Shown: positions 35,975 to 46,684 of the stretch, piece by piece
Position numbering within the stretch: position 1 is the stretch's first letter
Layout: each line of letters opens with the position of its first letter
DNA from: the human T2T-CHM13v2.0 reference genome, Homo sapiens
NCBI RefSeq assembly: GCF_009914755.1
Contig: NC_060941.1
Direction: 5' to 3' (one strand)
Length of the DNA: 64,000 nt
Made by a program: the position numbers and the translations under genes
The notes under the pieces: generated by a model
The model's input: only the letters and a program-made list of their open reading frames with translations
The model's database searches: none
What the model was told of the DNA's origin: nothing

Positions 35975-36750
35975 ATAATCACGTGGAGAGGATGTTAAGA
36001 CAAAAATGGCTGGGCTAGGCCCTCATCAATTCTGATTCAGCAGGTCTGTGGGGAGGCCCAGAATTTGCATTTCTCACAAGCTCTTAGATGATGCTGATGC
36101 CACTGGCTCTTAGACCACACTTGTGTAACAAGTGCTGCCCTGGAGCCGTGGTTCTCAAGGTGTCTTGGTCCATTTGTGTTGCTACGAAGGAATATCTGAG
36201 GCTAAGTAATTCATAAAAGAGGCTTATTTGGCTCATGGTGTTGCAGACTGTACAAAAATCATGGTGCCAGCATCTGCATCTGCGGAGGGCCTCAGGCTGC
36301 TTCCACTTATGGTGAAAGGGAAAGGGGAGTCAGCACATGCAGAGATCATATGGTGAGAAAGGAAGCAAGACAGAGAGGAGGGAGGTGCCAGGTTCTTTTT
36401 AGCAATCAGTTCTACAGAGTGAAAACTACTCATTTTCACCAAGAGCGCACCAAGCCATTCATGAGAAATCCATCCCTATGACCCAAACACTTCCCATTAG
36501 TCCCCATCTCCAATATTGGGTTCAAATTTCAACATGAGGTTTGGAGGGTTCAATATCCAAGCTATATATACCTTAAAACTTAGCGTCGGAATCACCTAGA
36601 GAGCTTAATAAAACACAGACTGCTGGCTGCCATCCCAGAGTTTCTGATTCAAGAGGTCTGGGGTGGGGCCCCCAGATTTTCATTTCTAACAAGTTCCCAG
36701 GTGATGCTGATGCTGCTGGTCCCAGCATCAAACTTTGAGTAATGGTTCTT
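35975..36750. mobile_element. Two MER5A-like elements, the second split by an MST LTR
   Basis: Two copies of tctgattca..aggtctg..gg..ggccc.aga.ttt.catttct.acaag.tc...atgctgatgc. Confidence 0.7.
36161..36568 (-). mobile_element. MaLR LTR (MSTB-like)
   Basis: ggctcatggtgttgcagactgtac...ccctatgacccaaacacttcccattag...caaatttcaacatgag. Confidence 0.85.
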
Positions 36751-37939
36751 CAGAGGACCCTCCTTTGATCCTCCTTCAGCTGTGCCCTTCCCTACAGGGG
36801 AGTCTTGGGACCAAGGGACCATCCTCTTCCCCACTAGACCCTACTCTGGGTACTTGAGATCCTTGTACAACTAGCCTTGAGCCCACTTCCAGGGCCTGCA
36901 TGGGGACTATTCATAGGAGGTGGGAGGGGAGTGGATGGAGTTGGATGTACAGGCTGGGATGTCCACATGCCATGTGAGGTCCTTGTAGTTCAGGATGGAG
37001 CCGAGGTTGAGAAGAATGGGGGATGGAACCAGAGCCCAAACATTCCTGTGCAGGTAGCATCATTTCCTCCATTTAGGACCATCCTGACCAGAGATGAGAA
37101 ACATGACAATTAGGAACATAGGTTCTCAAGTCACGCATACTTCCATTCAATCCATGACTCTGAACTCTTTCCCCCGTGACCTCAGGTAAGTTATTAAACC
37201 TCTATGAACCTAGTCTCTGCATCTGTAAAATTGGAATAATGCCAAATACCTACCTCATTGGTCTTTTGGCAAGAGCTACTGCAGTAAGGTATATAAGGCA
37301 TTTAGCATGAGCCTTGGAATGTAGTAAATGGTTGAAACTATTGCTCTTGCTGTTGTTATTATTAGTTGCTGCTTTATTAAGTCCTGTGGTGGGCGGAGCA
37401 CCTGTTATTCATCACTGTCTTCTTGCCTTGTGCCAGAGAAATCCAGGCACCTTCTGAGCAGGATTTAGGCTCCTGGTGCTCTCCTCTGGCTGCTCTTTGC
37501 TCCATCCTGCTCACAGCCCAAAGTCCTATATTGAAGACCATGAATAAAGGATGCTAGAGTTTAGAAGATAACATGCCTTTTTTGTAAATGGCTAATCTGA
37601 ATGAGCAACTTCATAGAAAATAGTACTTTCTTGCTGCTGTAATTAGAAGTTTCATGAATCTATTTGTGGTCGAGATAGTAACATTTATGAAAAATAGTGC
37701 ATTCAATTATTTGACCCTTGCTCCCATTTTTCAAAGGTTTAATTTATGTTTTCTTTGCTTTGTGACTGCTTTAGATACAGTGATGAAATATGAGTGTCTT
37801 TGTGAGTGCTTAGGCAGCCCCCATGGATGTTGGAGTGTGGGCCTGTGTGAATGAGTGCCTCTCCTCATGTATATATGAGAATTCCAACCTCCAGCAGCAG
37901 CAATGATAACCTAACTTGTACTTTCACCAGGCTTTCAAC

Positions 37940-38150
37940 AGGGCCATCCGGTCCTACTTTCTACAATGATGAGAGTATCCTTTCTTTGTGTTGTCGAAAA
38001 TGCAGCCACTAGCCACATGTGGCTATGAGCACTTGGAAGGTGACCAAAGGGACCTTAGGTGAAAATTGAATTCTGAATTTTGTTTACTTTTCATTAACTT
38101 AAATTTAAATAGTCACTTAGCATTAGTAGCTACCATGTCGGGCAATGCGG
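37940..38150. mobile_element. MER3/MER33-like hAT element
   Basis: gcagccactagccacatgtggctatgagcacttg...aatttaaatagtcac. Confidence 0.7.
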
Positions 38151-39138
38151 ATTAAGAAGGTACTTGCTGACTTGATCTTTGCTACTTCTCTGAGAGAGGA
38201 ATGGAGAAATGTATCATCTTATTGACAATGAAACTTTGGAGTGGAAAGGCGGTGTGACTGATTTAAGATCACAGTGCAGTGATCACACGTGGGTATGAGG
38301 CAGGCGGTCATCCACCCCATCACCACAGGTAACCTGCTTCTTCAGAGCCTGAGAAAGTCTAATACCTGAACTACTAAGAAAAAGACAAACACTTCAATAG
38401 AAAAAAATGGAGAGGATAAAAAAGTAACATTCAAAAATTCAAAAGCATTCTTACATACTAGGAGTAATCAATTAGAAAATATAGGCTTTCGATATGAAGA
38501 AAAGTTGTGAAACTGTCCAGAAGGCCACAAAGGAAGATGTGAATAAACAGAGACAAATTGTGTTCCTGGTGGGAAGCCCCAGTAGGTCAGTTCTACACAA
38601 AGTAATTTATAAATACAAAGCAATTCCCTTAAGAACCTTAGGGATATTTCATGGAGTTTTTCAAACTGAAGAAAAAAATGCACCTGGAGTAGAAAATGTA
38701 AGAGAATAGCATAGACATTTAAAAATATAAATCAGAGGCTTGGAGGGGCAGGGAAACACATGACAAACTAATAATAACTAAAACAATATGGGGATGGTGT
38801 GTAAATAGCCTGAAGGACAAATGCAACAGGGCAGAGAGTCCAGAACGAACCCATGTATGTGTGGAAACTAGGATGTGATAGCAGCAATGCCTCAGGCCAG
38901 TAGGAAAAGATGGCAGTTCTGTCCTGCACTGTGATTTATAGTGAAAAATTCAAAACAAATGTCCCACAATAGAAAATTAATAAAATATCTTTTAAGACTA
39001 TGCATTCATGAGATGACAAAATAAACCATTTTAAAACTATGATATTACTAAATGACAAAATGATAAACATTATTTATGGAGATGTATATGATATACTGTT
39101 CAGTGAGCACAAAAACACACTTTACAAAATAGTAAAAA

Positions 39139-39430
39139 GGGCTGGGCGTAGTGGCTCATGCCTGTAATCCCAGCACGTTGGGATGCCAAGCAGGGGCGGA
39201 TCACCTGAGGTCAGGAGTTCGAGGCCAGCCCTGCCAACATGGCGAAACTCCATCTCTACTGAAATAACAAAACAAAACAAAACAAAACAAAAAACCGTAA
39301 TCCCAGCTACTCCAGAGGCTAAGGCAGGAGAATCGCTTGAACCTGGAGGTGGAGGTTGCAGTAAGCCGAGATCGTGCCACTGCACTCCAGCCTGGGTGAC
39401 AGAGTGAGACTCCTTCTCAAAAAACAAAAC
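39139..39430 (+). mobile_element. Alu (AluS-like) with an (AAAAC)n linker replacing the start of the right arm
   Basis: TSD aaaa(t/c)agtaaaaag. Confidence 0.93.
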
Positions 39431-39531
39431 AGTAAAAAGCATCATGTGATCCATGTTTGCTAAATACATTCACATATATGGATACTTCTACTTACAAAAG
39501 TCACAAATGTAGACGTCTATCCTGACCCAAC

Positions 39532-39833
39532 TTTTTTTTTTTTTTTTGAGACGGAGTCTCGCTCTGTTGCCCAGGCTGGAGTGCAGTGGCGCGAACTCGG
39601 CTCACTGCAAGCTCCACCTCCTGGGTTCACGCCATTCTCCTGCCTCAGCCTCCTGAGTAGCTGGGACTACAGGTGCCGGCCACCAGGCCTGGCTAATATT
39701 TTTTTTTGTATTTTTTAGTAGAGACGGGGTTTCACCCTGTTAGCCAGGATGGTCTGGATCTCCTGACCTTGTAATCTGCCTGCCTCGGCCTCCCAAAGTG
39801 CTGGGATTACAGGCGTAAGCCACTGCGCCCGGC
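39532..39833 (-). mobile_element. AluY
   Basis: ctgcaagctcc and ttcacgccattctc; TSD ctatcctga(c/t)ccaac. Confidence 0.95.
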
Positions 39834-39879
39834 CTATCCTGATCCAACGTTTAAACTTTATTTTTATATTTTTGTTTTT

Positions 39880-39985
39880 AAAACTATGGAATGCTTCACA
39901 AGTTTTTTGTTATCCGTGCACTGAGGCCATGCTAATCTTCTCTGTATCATTCCAATTTCAGTATATGTGCTGCCAAGGTGAGTAC
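39880..39985 (-). pseudogene. RNU6-1065P: U6 snRNA retropseudogene, full length
   Basis: The reverse complement reads GTACTCACCTTGGCAGCACATATACTGAAATTGGAATGATACAGAGAAGATTAGCATGGCCTC...GTGAAGCATTCCATAGTTTT, matching U6 with CpG-decay substitutions. An A-rich tail is at 39856-39879. The U6 call is firm; the specific symbol is from memory and unverified. Confidence 0.9.
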
Positions 39986-40486
39986 ATGACTTAATTTTTT
40001 AGACCAATCTTAACTGAGGTACTAAACAATCAGCAGCTTAAGCCTCTACTTGGTTGGGTTAAGCGTTAAGCCATAACTCCCAATCTTGACTTCAGTGGTC
40101 TATCCCTGATGGCTGGGCTCCCACGTGGCTTCCTGAGTTGCCTTTGAAGTTGACCACATTCCCAACCATGTGGGTTTAGGAAACAGCCCTAGGGGTATAT
40201 TTTTCTCTAGATCATAACTCTTCCTCGTGATCTTTCTTTTTTCCTTGTCTGCTACACCAGGTCCTTCCCTGTTTGGTCTAGCAAGCAGAGATCAGGGGAG
40301 TATCACATCTAAACAGATTCCACTAACATTCCAAGGGAAATGGAGTGGCTCTTTCTGAAAAATAAGAACATGTAAAACTCTAGAAAGACCATGGGAAGAA
40401 AAAATGTTTTCTCTAAAACCCTTGAGTCCACATCCTCCACTCTTAAGTGGGGAGCCCAGAACAATCTTTCCAATCTCTTATTCACC

Positions 40487-40783
40487 TTTTTTTTCTTTTT
40501 GAGACGGAGTTTCGCTCTTGTTGCCCAGGCTGGAGTGCAATGGCACCATCTCAGCTTGCAGCAACCTCCACCTCCTGAGTTCAAGTGATTCTCCTGCCTC
40601 AGCCTCTTGAGTAGCTGGGATTACAGGTGTCCACTACCACGCCCAGCTAATTTTTTGTACTTTTAGTAGAGACGGGGTTTCGCTATATTGGCCAGGCTGG
40701 TCTCGAACTCCTGATATCAGGTAATCTACCGGCCTTGGCCTTCCAGAGTGCTGGGATTACAGGCATGAGCCACCGTGCCTGGC
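40487..40783 (-). mobile_element. Alu (AluS-like)
   Basis: Dimer; TSD ctcttattcac. Confidence 0.95.
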
Positions 40784-41804
40784 CTCTTATTCACTCTTAT
40801 ATCCTCCCAATAATTTTTGGACTTAATGAGGAAAGTGTGTTGTTTGAACACTGCGCTTGGCGCATTCAGCTTCATATTCACAGCCAGTGCCCATCTGGGC
40901 CAGTTCTCCCATCACTAGCTCATTTTAGTGTATCCAGATCATGGCAGTTTACCAGGACACATCACTTCTTCTCCCACTCACCCTCCTACCCATTCCTGCC
41001 TCTGTTTCAGAGGGACACATGGTGGTAGAGCCCTGATACTGCTGGATATATCTAGAATGAATTCCTAAAACAAATTGCTTCTGAAGAGTCCCCAGACTGG
41101 TGGCTGAGCGAGTGAGAATTAAGTGTCAGTGAAGGAACTAAATTACCACTTATTGCTTCATCCATATAATTAAGTTAATAATTAAAACATGACTAGCAGG
41201 GGCCTCATCCACCAGGAATCATAATATGCTTCTTTCTTAGACCATTGTCACAAAATATGAAAACCACATCTGTAATTGTTCTCAGAACTGCTTAGCAACC
41301 TCAGCTTTAATTGTCAGCCAGCTTATCAGAACATGCAGTTAATTATCGTGTCTCATACCTAGAATGTTCGGCATGTGAAAGAGTTCTGGAGATGGATCTT
41401 CCCTGCAGTGAAATTGAGTCAGATGGATCACCTGCAGGGGAGTTCACCCTGGGAGAATATTTCAGAATTTGCCTGCTTCTTCCTGGAACCAGCCTCTGTT
41501 AGAATGCATGATTCCGTGATGAAAACTTGCAGATTTTCCATGGAGGAGAAGACCTCTTCCTGATCATATGTCCATTGTTATGGGACTGTCTATTAGTGGT
41601 ACAGTTGCTGAGCCAGCCCAGGTTTAGTATTCTCATTAATAACAGGTATTTGGATGCTCTTAACAGTTCTAGGGGAAATTTATGAGTGATGAGGTAAAAT
41701 AAAATGCTGGATCTGAGAACAAAGAGATGAGTTCCATGGCCAGTTTTTATGCCACTAGCTGTGGGCCTTTCTTCAAATCTTATCTCACTAAACCTCAGTT
41801 TCTT

Positions 41805-42342
41805 TTCTTTTTTAAATTATACTTTAAGTTCTAGGGTACATGTTCACAATGTGCAGGTTTGTTACATATGTATACATGTGCCATGTTGGTGTGCTGCACC
41901 CGTTAACTCGTCATTTACATTAGGTATATCTCCTAATGCTATCCCTCCCCTCTCCCCCCACCCCACAACAGACCCCGGTGTGTGATGTTCCCCTTCCTGT
42001 GTCCATGTGTTCTCATTGTTCAATTCCCACCTATGAGTGAGAACATGCGGTGTTTGTTTTTTTGCCCTTGCGATAGTTTGCTGAGAATGATGGTTTCCAG
42101 CTTCATCCATGTTCCTACAAAGGACAAGAACTCATCCTTTTTTATGGCTGCATAGTATTCCATGGTGTATACGTGCCACATTTTCTTAATTCAGTCTATC
42201 ATTGATGGACATTTGGGTTGGTTCCAAGTATTTGCTATTGTGAATAGCGCCACAATAAACATACATGTGCATGTGTCTTTATAGCAGCATGATTTGTAAT
42301 CCTTTGGGTATATACCCAGGAACAGGATGGCTGGGTCAAATG
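41805..42342 (-). mobile_element. 5'-truncated L1PA 3' end
   Basis: ttatactttaagttctagggtacatg...; TSD taaac(ct/tg)cagtttctt at 41789-41804 and 42343-42358. Confidence 0.95.
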
Positions 42343-42452
42343 TAAACTGCAGTTTCTTAATCTGTTAAATAGGGAGAAGTGTAATAGCCTGAGCTGGTAT
42401 GCCTTGGGCTGCTGGCACATCAGCAAGTGCAAAGAGGTTTGGCCATTGGAGG

Positions 42453-43479
42453 TTTTTCTTTGACTGTCCTAAATTGTTTCTTAGGTGTGAATTTTACAAA
42501 CATTACTTATATTAGCGGTAACGGTGGAGCCAGAGAGTATTGCACCTTCTCCAAGCTGCACGGCGAGAACCACTAATAGTGTGGTGGAACTTACGGCCCT
42601 TTCCAAGGCCACAGCTCTTTCAGCCTGCAGCTATCAGCCCATTCATCTTCCTGTGCTTGTGGACTGGTGTGGTGATTCACAGGGTGTCAGGATTTCTTCT
42701 GACAGCTTTATGGAATGTATCAATGAGGATAACCTCAAAAAATTTGTATGAGGAATCTTTACCAACCCAGTGAGAATTCAGGCCTCTTAGAGGCCCACAG
42801 TAGCATCCAGCTCACTCCTCTGCAATGAACCGAAGGCTTCGAGCAAACTTTAGCTGGTTAACACCAGGATGGACAGGCTTGCTGTAAGTTGCACCCGTAG
42901 GAACTGGGTGTTTTCCACCACCATGGCGCACGTGAATCCTATATATAATGTAACCTGACTTGGCCTTCTATCCCAGTCCATGCGCTTTGTATCTGACTTG
43001 AGGGATGGGAAAGAACCCAGAAGAGAGAGTCACACTAAGCGAATGTTTCAGAATGAATGGAAATGTTGTCTTTGACAAACACTCCTAAGAGGCCAGGGGA
43101 AATAACTGAAAGGGTTTTACTGAAATGGGTCCAGTTAAACAACCCATTATGGTACTATATGTTTTTGCTAACATGTCTGTCCACTAGCCTGAAAACTCCT
43201 TTAGTCTTCTCATGTCCTGTAACTTTGCTTGGCCTTGTAACTCTCAGAAGAAAGTGCATTCTTCTCAGTCCACATTGTGGGCTACTCAAACAATTAAAAG
43301 TTGGAATTCCCAGGACCGGTCCTTAGCCCCTTTTCTTCTGGTGCTCTTGTAACCTTCCTTGGCCTTATAACCTTTAGAAGAAACTGCATTACATCAGACT
43401 GCTTCTTCCTCCGTGGCTCCTGGATGTCTTTGTGTGTACCCATCTTGGCTTACTGGATGGCTGCCGCCAGATGGAAAGG
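42453..43479 (-). pseudogene. RPL15P21: Ribosomal protein L15 processed pseudogene, internally rearranged
   Basis: The minus strand has the 5' UTR and MGTHKDIQEPRRKKQSDVMQFLLKV (ATG at 43441-43443). The body (42512-~42990) reads ...[10 protein letters not shown]...[22 protein letters not shown]...NTLWLHRYR*, intronless with several in-frame stops. The 3' UTR and A-tail remnant are at 42453-42461, and the TSD is ggccattgga (42441-42450)/ggccgttgga (43478-43487). The parent call is firm; the P-number is from memory. Confidence 0.92.
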
Positions 43480-44603
43480 CCGTTGGAATTACTGAAATGC
43501 AGAAATGCTCTGTGCCAACTGGCAAACAGCCACCATCAAAGCCCCTCTTCCTGCACCCCTTGCCCACTGCCTCCTGATCGCCTTGGCTGCATTGGCTGCA
43601 GGTTTCCTCACCCGGACTCCCATCAGCATCAGCTAAAGTTTCACATCTGGTCCAGATGCCTTGTGACACGGCATCCTTGTTGTCGTTATCAAGGTCATTT
43701 TTGAGTCCTCAGTACCTTGGCCGTGCCCATGGCTAAATGACATCGATGCCCTTGGGGAGAAGCATCACCCACCTGATGAGTTAGTGGTTGTTTACACTCT
43801 CTACAAACAAAAAGAAAGGTGATTTTTAGATTTTTCCATCTGACTCCTTGTTTTTGGCCAGCTGGGTGGGGTCAAGGTCAGATTTTGGCTGTGAGTGTCT
43901 ATTAACACGTGCACTTTTGCTTCACAAATGGAGGAAAAACCTGTTAATGGTAGAGCCTTTGGATAATTCAGGCAAGGATTAGACTGAAGATGACCTTGAC
44001 TTTGGAGATAATGAAATTTAATTATGCAAATACAATTGGAACACTGAAAGCACATAAGTAAAATTGGTTTTGAGCACCCAACTCACTCTTTATGTGGTGA
44101 CCACTGGCGGGATTGTGATTTAAGCTAGGTAGGCTGTGGGCTATTCACATAAAGAGTATCAGTGAGACTGTAGTTCTTTTCAAAGATCTTGTTGATTTCT
44201 CTGTTCATGTATTGCAAATGACTGAAGACTTGTTCCATGTTTTCTCTCTCCTCCAGAAGTGATTTTTAAGATCTTTTAATGCCTAGGGCATGTTCATTCA
44301 TTCAATAAACAGTTTTTGAGGCTTTACTCTGTGCCAGACATTTGTACTAATTGCTGGGAACAAAGGCAGAAAACCATATTTACTAAAGGAGTTTTCAGGC
44401 TAGTAACTAGACATGTTAACAAAAAATACATAATACCATAAATGCGTTGTTTTACTGGACATCTTTCAGTCATTTCCCTGGCCTCTTAGGAATGTTTGTC
44501 AAAGACAACATTTCCATTCTTTCAGAAACATTTGCTTAGAGTGACTCTCTCTTCTGGTTTCCCTTCCATTTCTCAGGTTGTTTCTTCTCAATTGTGGGCT
44601 ACT

Positions 44604-44974
44604 TGTATTAGTCAGTTCTCACACTGCTGATAAAGACATACCCAAGACTGGATTATTAATGAGGAAAAAGAGGTTTAAAGGATTCACAGTTCTACATGCT
44701 CAGGGAGGCCTCACAATCATGCTGGAAGGCAAAAGGCAAGTCTTACATGGTGGCAGACAAGAGAGAATGAGAACCAAGTGAAAGGGGTTTCCCCTTATAA
44801 AACCATCAGCTCTCGTGAGACTTATTCACTACCATGAATAAGTATGAATAAGTATGGGGGAAACCGCCCCCATGATTCAATTATCTCCCACTGGGTCCCT
44901 CCTACAACATGTGGGAATTATGAGAGCTACAATTCAAGATGAGATTTGGGTAGGGACACAGACAAACCATATCA
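44604..44974 (-). mobile_element. THE1 (THE1B/C-like) solo LTR
   Basis: tgtattagtc...ccatatca termini; 5-bp TSD ctact/ctatc. Confidence 0.92.
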
Positions 44975-44979
44975 CTATC

Positions 44980-45560
44980 CAAACAATTAAAAGTCGGAAT
45001 TCCCCAGGACCTGTCCTAAGCCTTTCTCTTCTCATGCTCTGTGCTATTCCTAGAACATTTCTTTCACTTCCATTGCTTTAATTACCATTGCTGTGCCAGT
45101 CTCTTAAGAGCAACCCTCTCTTCCAGAGCAATGCGTCCAACAGCCCATTGGATGTCTCTCCTTAGACATCTCACAGGCTGCCTGAAACTCAACATGTCTC
45201 AGATAGAATTCTTGTTCTCTGAACCGCACCCACACCCTCTTTCTAGTCCAATGTCCTAGATGTTTTGTTAATGACATTACTGTCCACCCAGTTGGTCAAG
45301 CCAGAAACCCAACAATTACCTGGCATTCCTCTCCCTATACCTCATATCCAACAAATCATCAAGTTTTGTTAGTTCTACCTCCCTCCATATCTCTGGAGCG
45401 TTTCTCCAGTGCCACAGCCACCACGCCTGTCTAAGACCTCACCGTCTCGTACCTGGGTGGGGTAATGTTCTGGTGTTTCTAGCTCCACTGTTTCTCCCCT
45501 GCAGGCCTTCTTCCACATGGCAGATGTGGTGATCTGCTTCAATTGTAGATCTGATTACGT
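44980..45560. mobile_element. L2 fragment
   Basis: ttggatgtct...aaactcaacatgtc...ccacccagttggtcaagccagaaacc...ttctacctcc L2 motifs. Confidence 0.65.
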
Positions 45561-45879
45561 CTACAGCAGTTGTCATTAGAGGTCTGCCGAACCTATAAGC
45601 CTCTCCTTTACAGAGACGTGTGCTGATTCCTGAAGCCATGTTTGCGTCATGAGAGCTGGAGTTCCCTTGCCTTGCTCATAGCTCATTGAATTAGGGATGA
45701 ATACGCTGACCCAAGCTGGCTTAATTGAATTCTTTCTCCATGAAGTTTGAATTGGGGTCAATAACCACTGTTGTGTGTGTCTCTCTGTATGGCCAGACCC
45801 TTTGGTTTTTTTTTTTCTTTCTTCCTTTCTTTTCATTTCATTTCCTTCCTTCCTCTTTCTTTTTCCCCTTCTCTTTTCT

Positions 45880-46328
45880 TTCTTTTTCATCCAGTTTTAT
45901 TGAAATATAATTGATGAATATTGTGTATATTTAAGGTGTAAAACAATGCTTTGATATACATGTACTATACATTGAGAAATAATTACTATCAAACTAATTA
46001 GCATATTCATCAGCTCACACAGTTACTGTGTGTATGTGGTGAGAACATTGACAACGTACTGCCTTTACAAATTTCAAGTATACAAGAAAGTATTACTGAC
46101 TGTAGTCACCAGGCTGTACATTAGATCTCTGGAACTTCATCCTGTGTAACTGACAGTTTGTACCCTTTGACCAATATCTCTGGAACAATTATCCCTACAC
46201 CCCAGCTTCTGGCCACTGCCATTTTACTCCCTGCTTCTATGAGTTTGATTGTTTTGGACTCCACATATAAGTGAGATCATGCAGTATTTGTCTTTCTGTA
46301 CATGGCTTATTCCATTTAGCATAATGTC
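45880..46328 (-). mobile_element. Old L1 (L1MA-like) 3' end
   Basis: tgtagtcaccaggctgtacattagatctct; ccacatataagtgagatcatgcagtatttgtctttctg. Confidence 0.85.
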
Positions 46329-46684
46329 TGATATAGTTTGGCTGTGTCCCCATCCAAATCTCAACTTGAATTGTATCTCCCAGAATTCTCACATGTTGTG
46401 GGAAGGACTCGGGGGGAGGTCATTGAATCGTGGGGGTCAGTCTTTCCTGTGCTATCCTCGTGATAGTGAATAAATCTCATGAGATCTGATGGGTTTACCA
46501 GGGGTTTCCGATTTTGCTTCTTCCTCGTTTTTCTCTTACCACTGCCATGTTAAGAAGTGCCTTTCACCTCCTGCTATGATTCTGAGGCCTGCCCAGCAAT
46601 GTGGAACTATAAGTCCAATTAAACCTCTTTTTGTTCCCAGTTTCGAGTATGTTTTTATCAGCAGCGTGAAAACAAACTAATACA
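46329..46684 (+). mobile_element. THE1 (THE1A-like) solo LTR
   Basis: tgatatagtttggctgtgtcccc...aactaataca; perfect TSD atgtc (46324-46328, 46685-46689). Confidence 0.92.

Noticed and set aside
39880-39985. Functional U6 snRNA gene
   Set aside because: Many substitutions, an A-rich tail and no evident TATA/PSE upstream.
42512-43443. Functional RPL15 retrogene
   Set aside because: Multiple in-frame stops, about 20 codons missing and a mutated poly(A) signal (AAGAAA).
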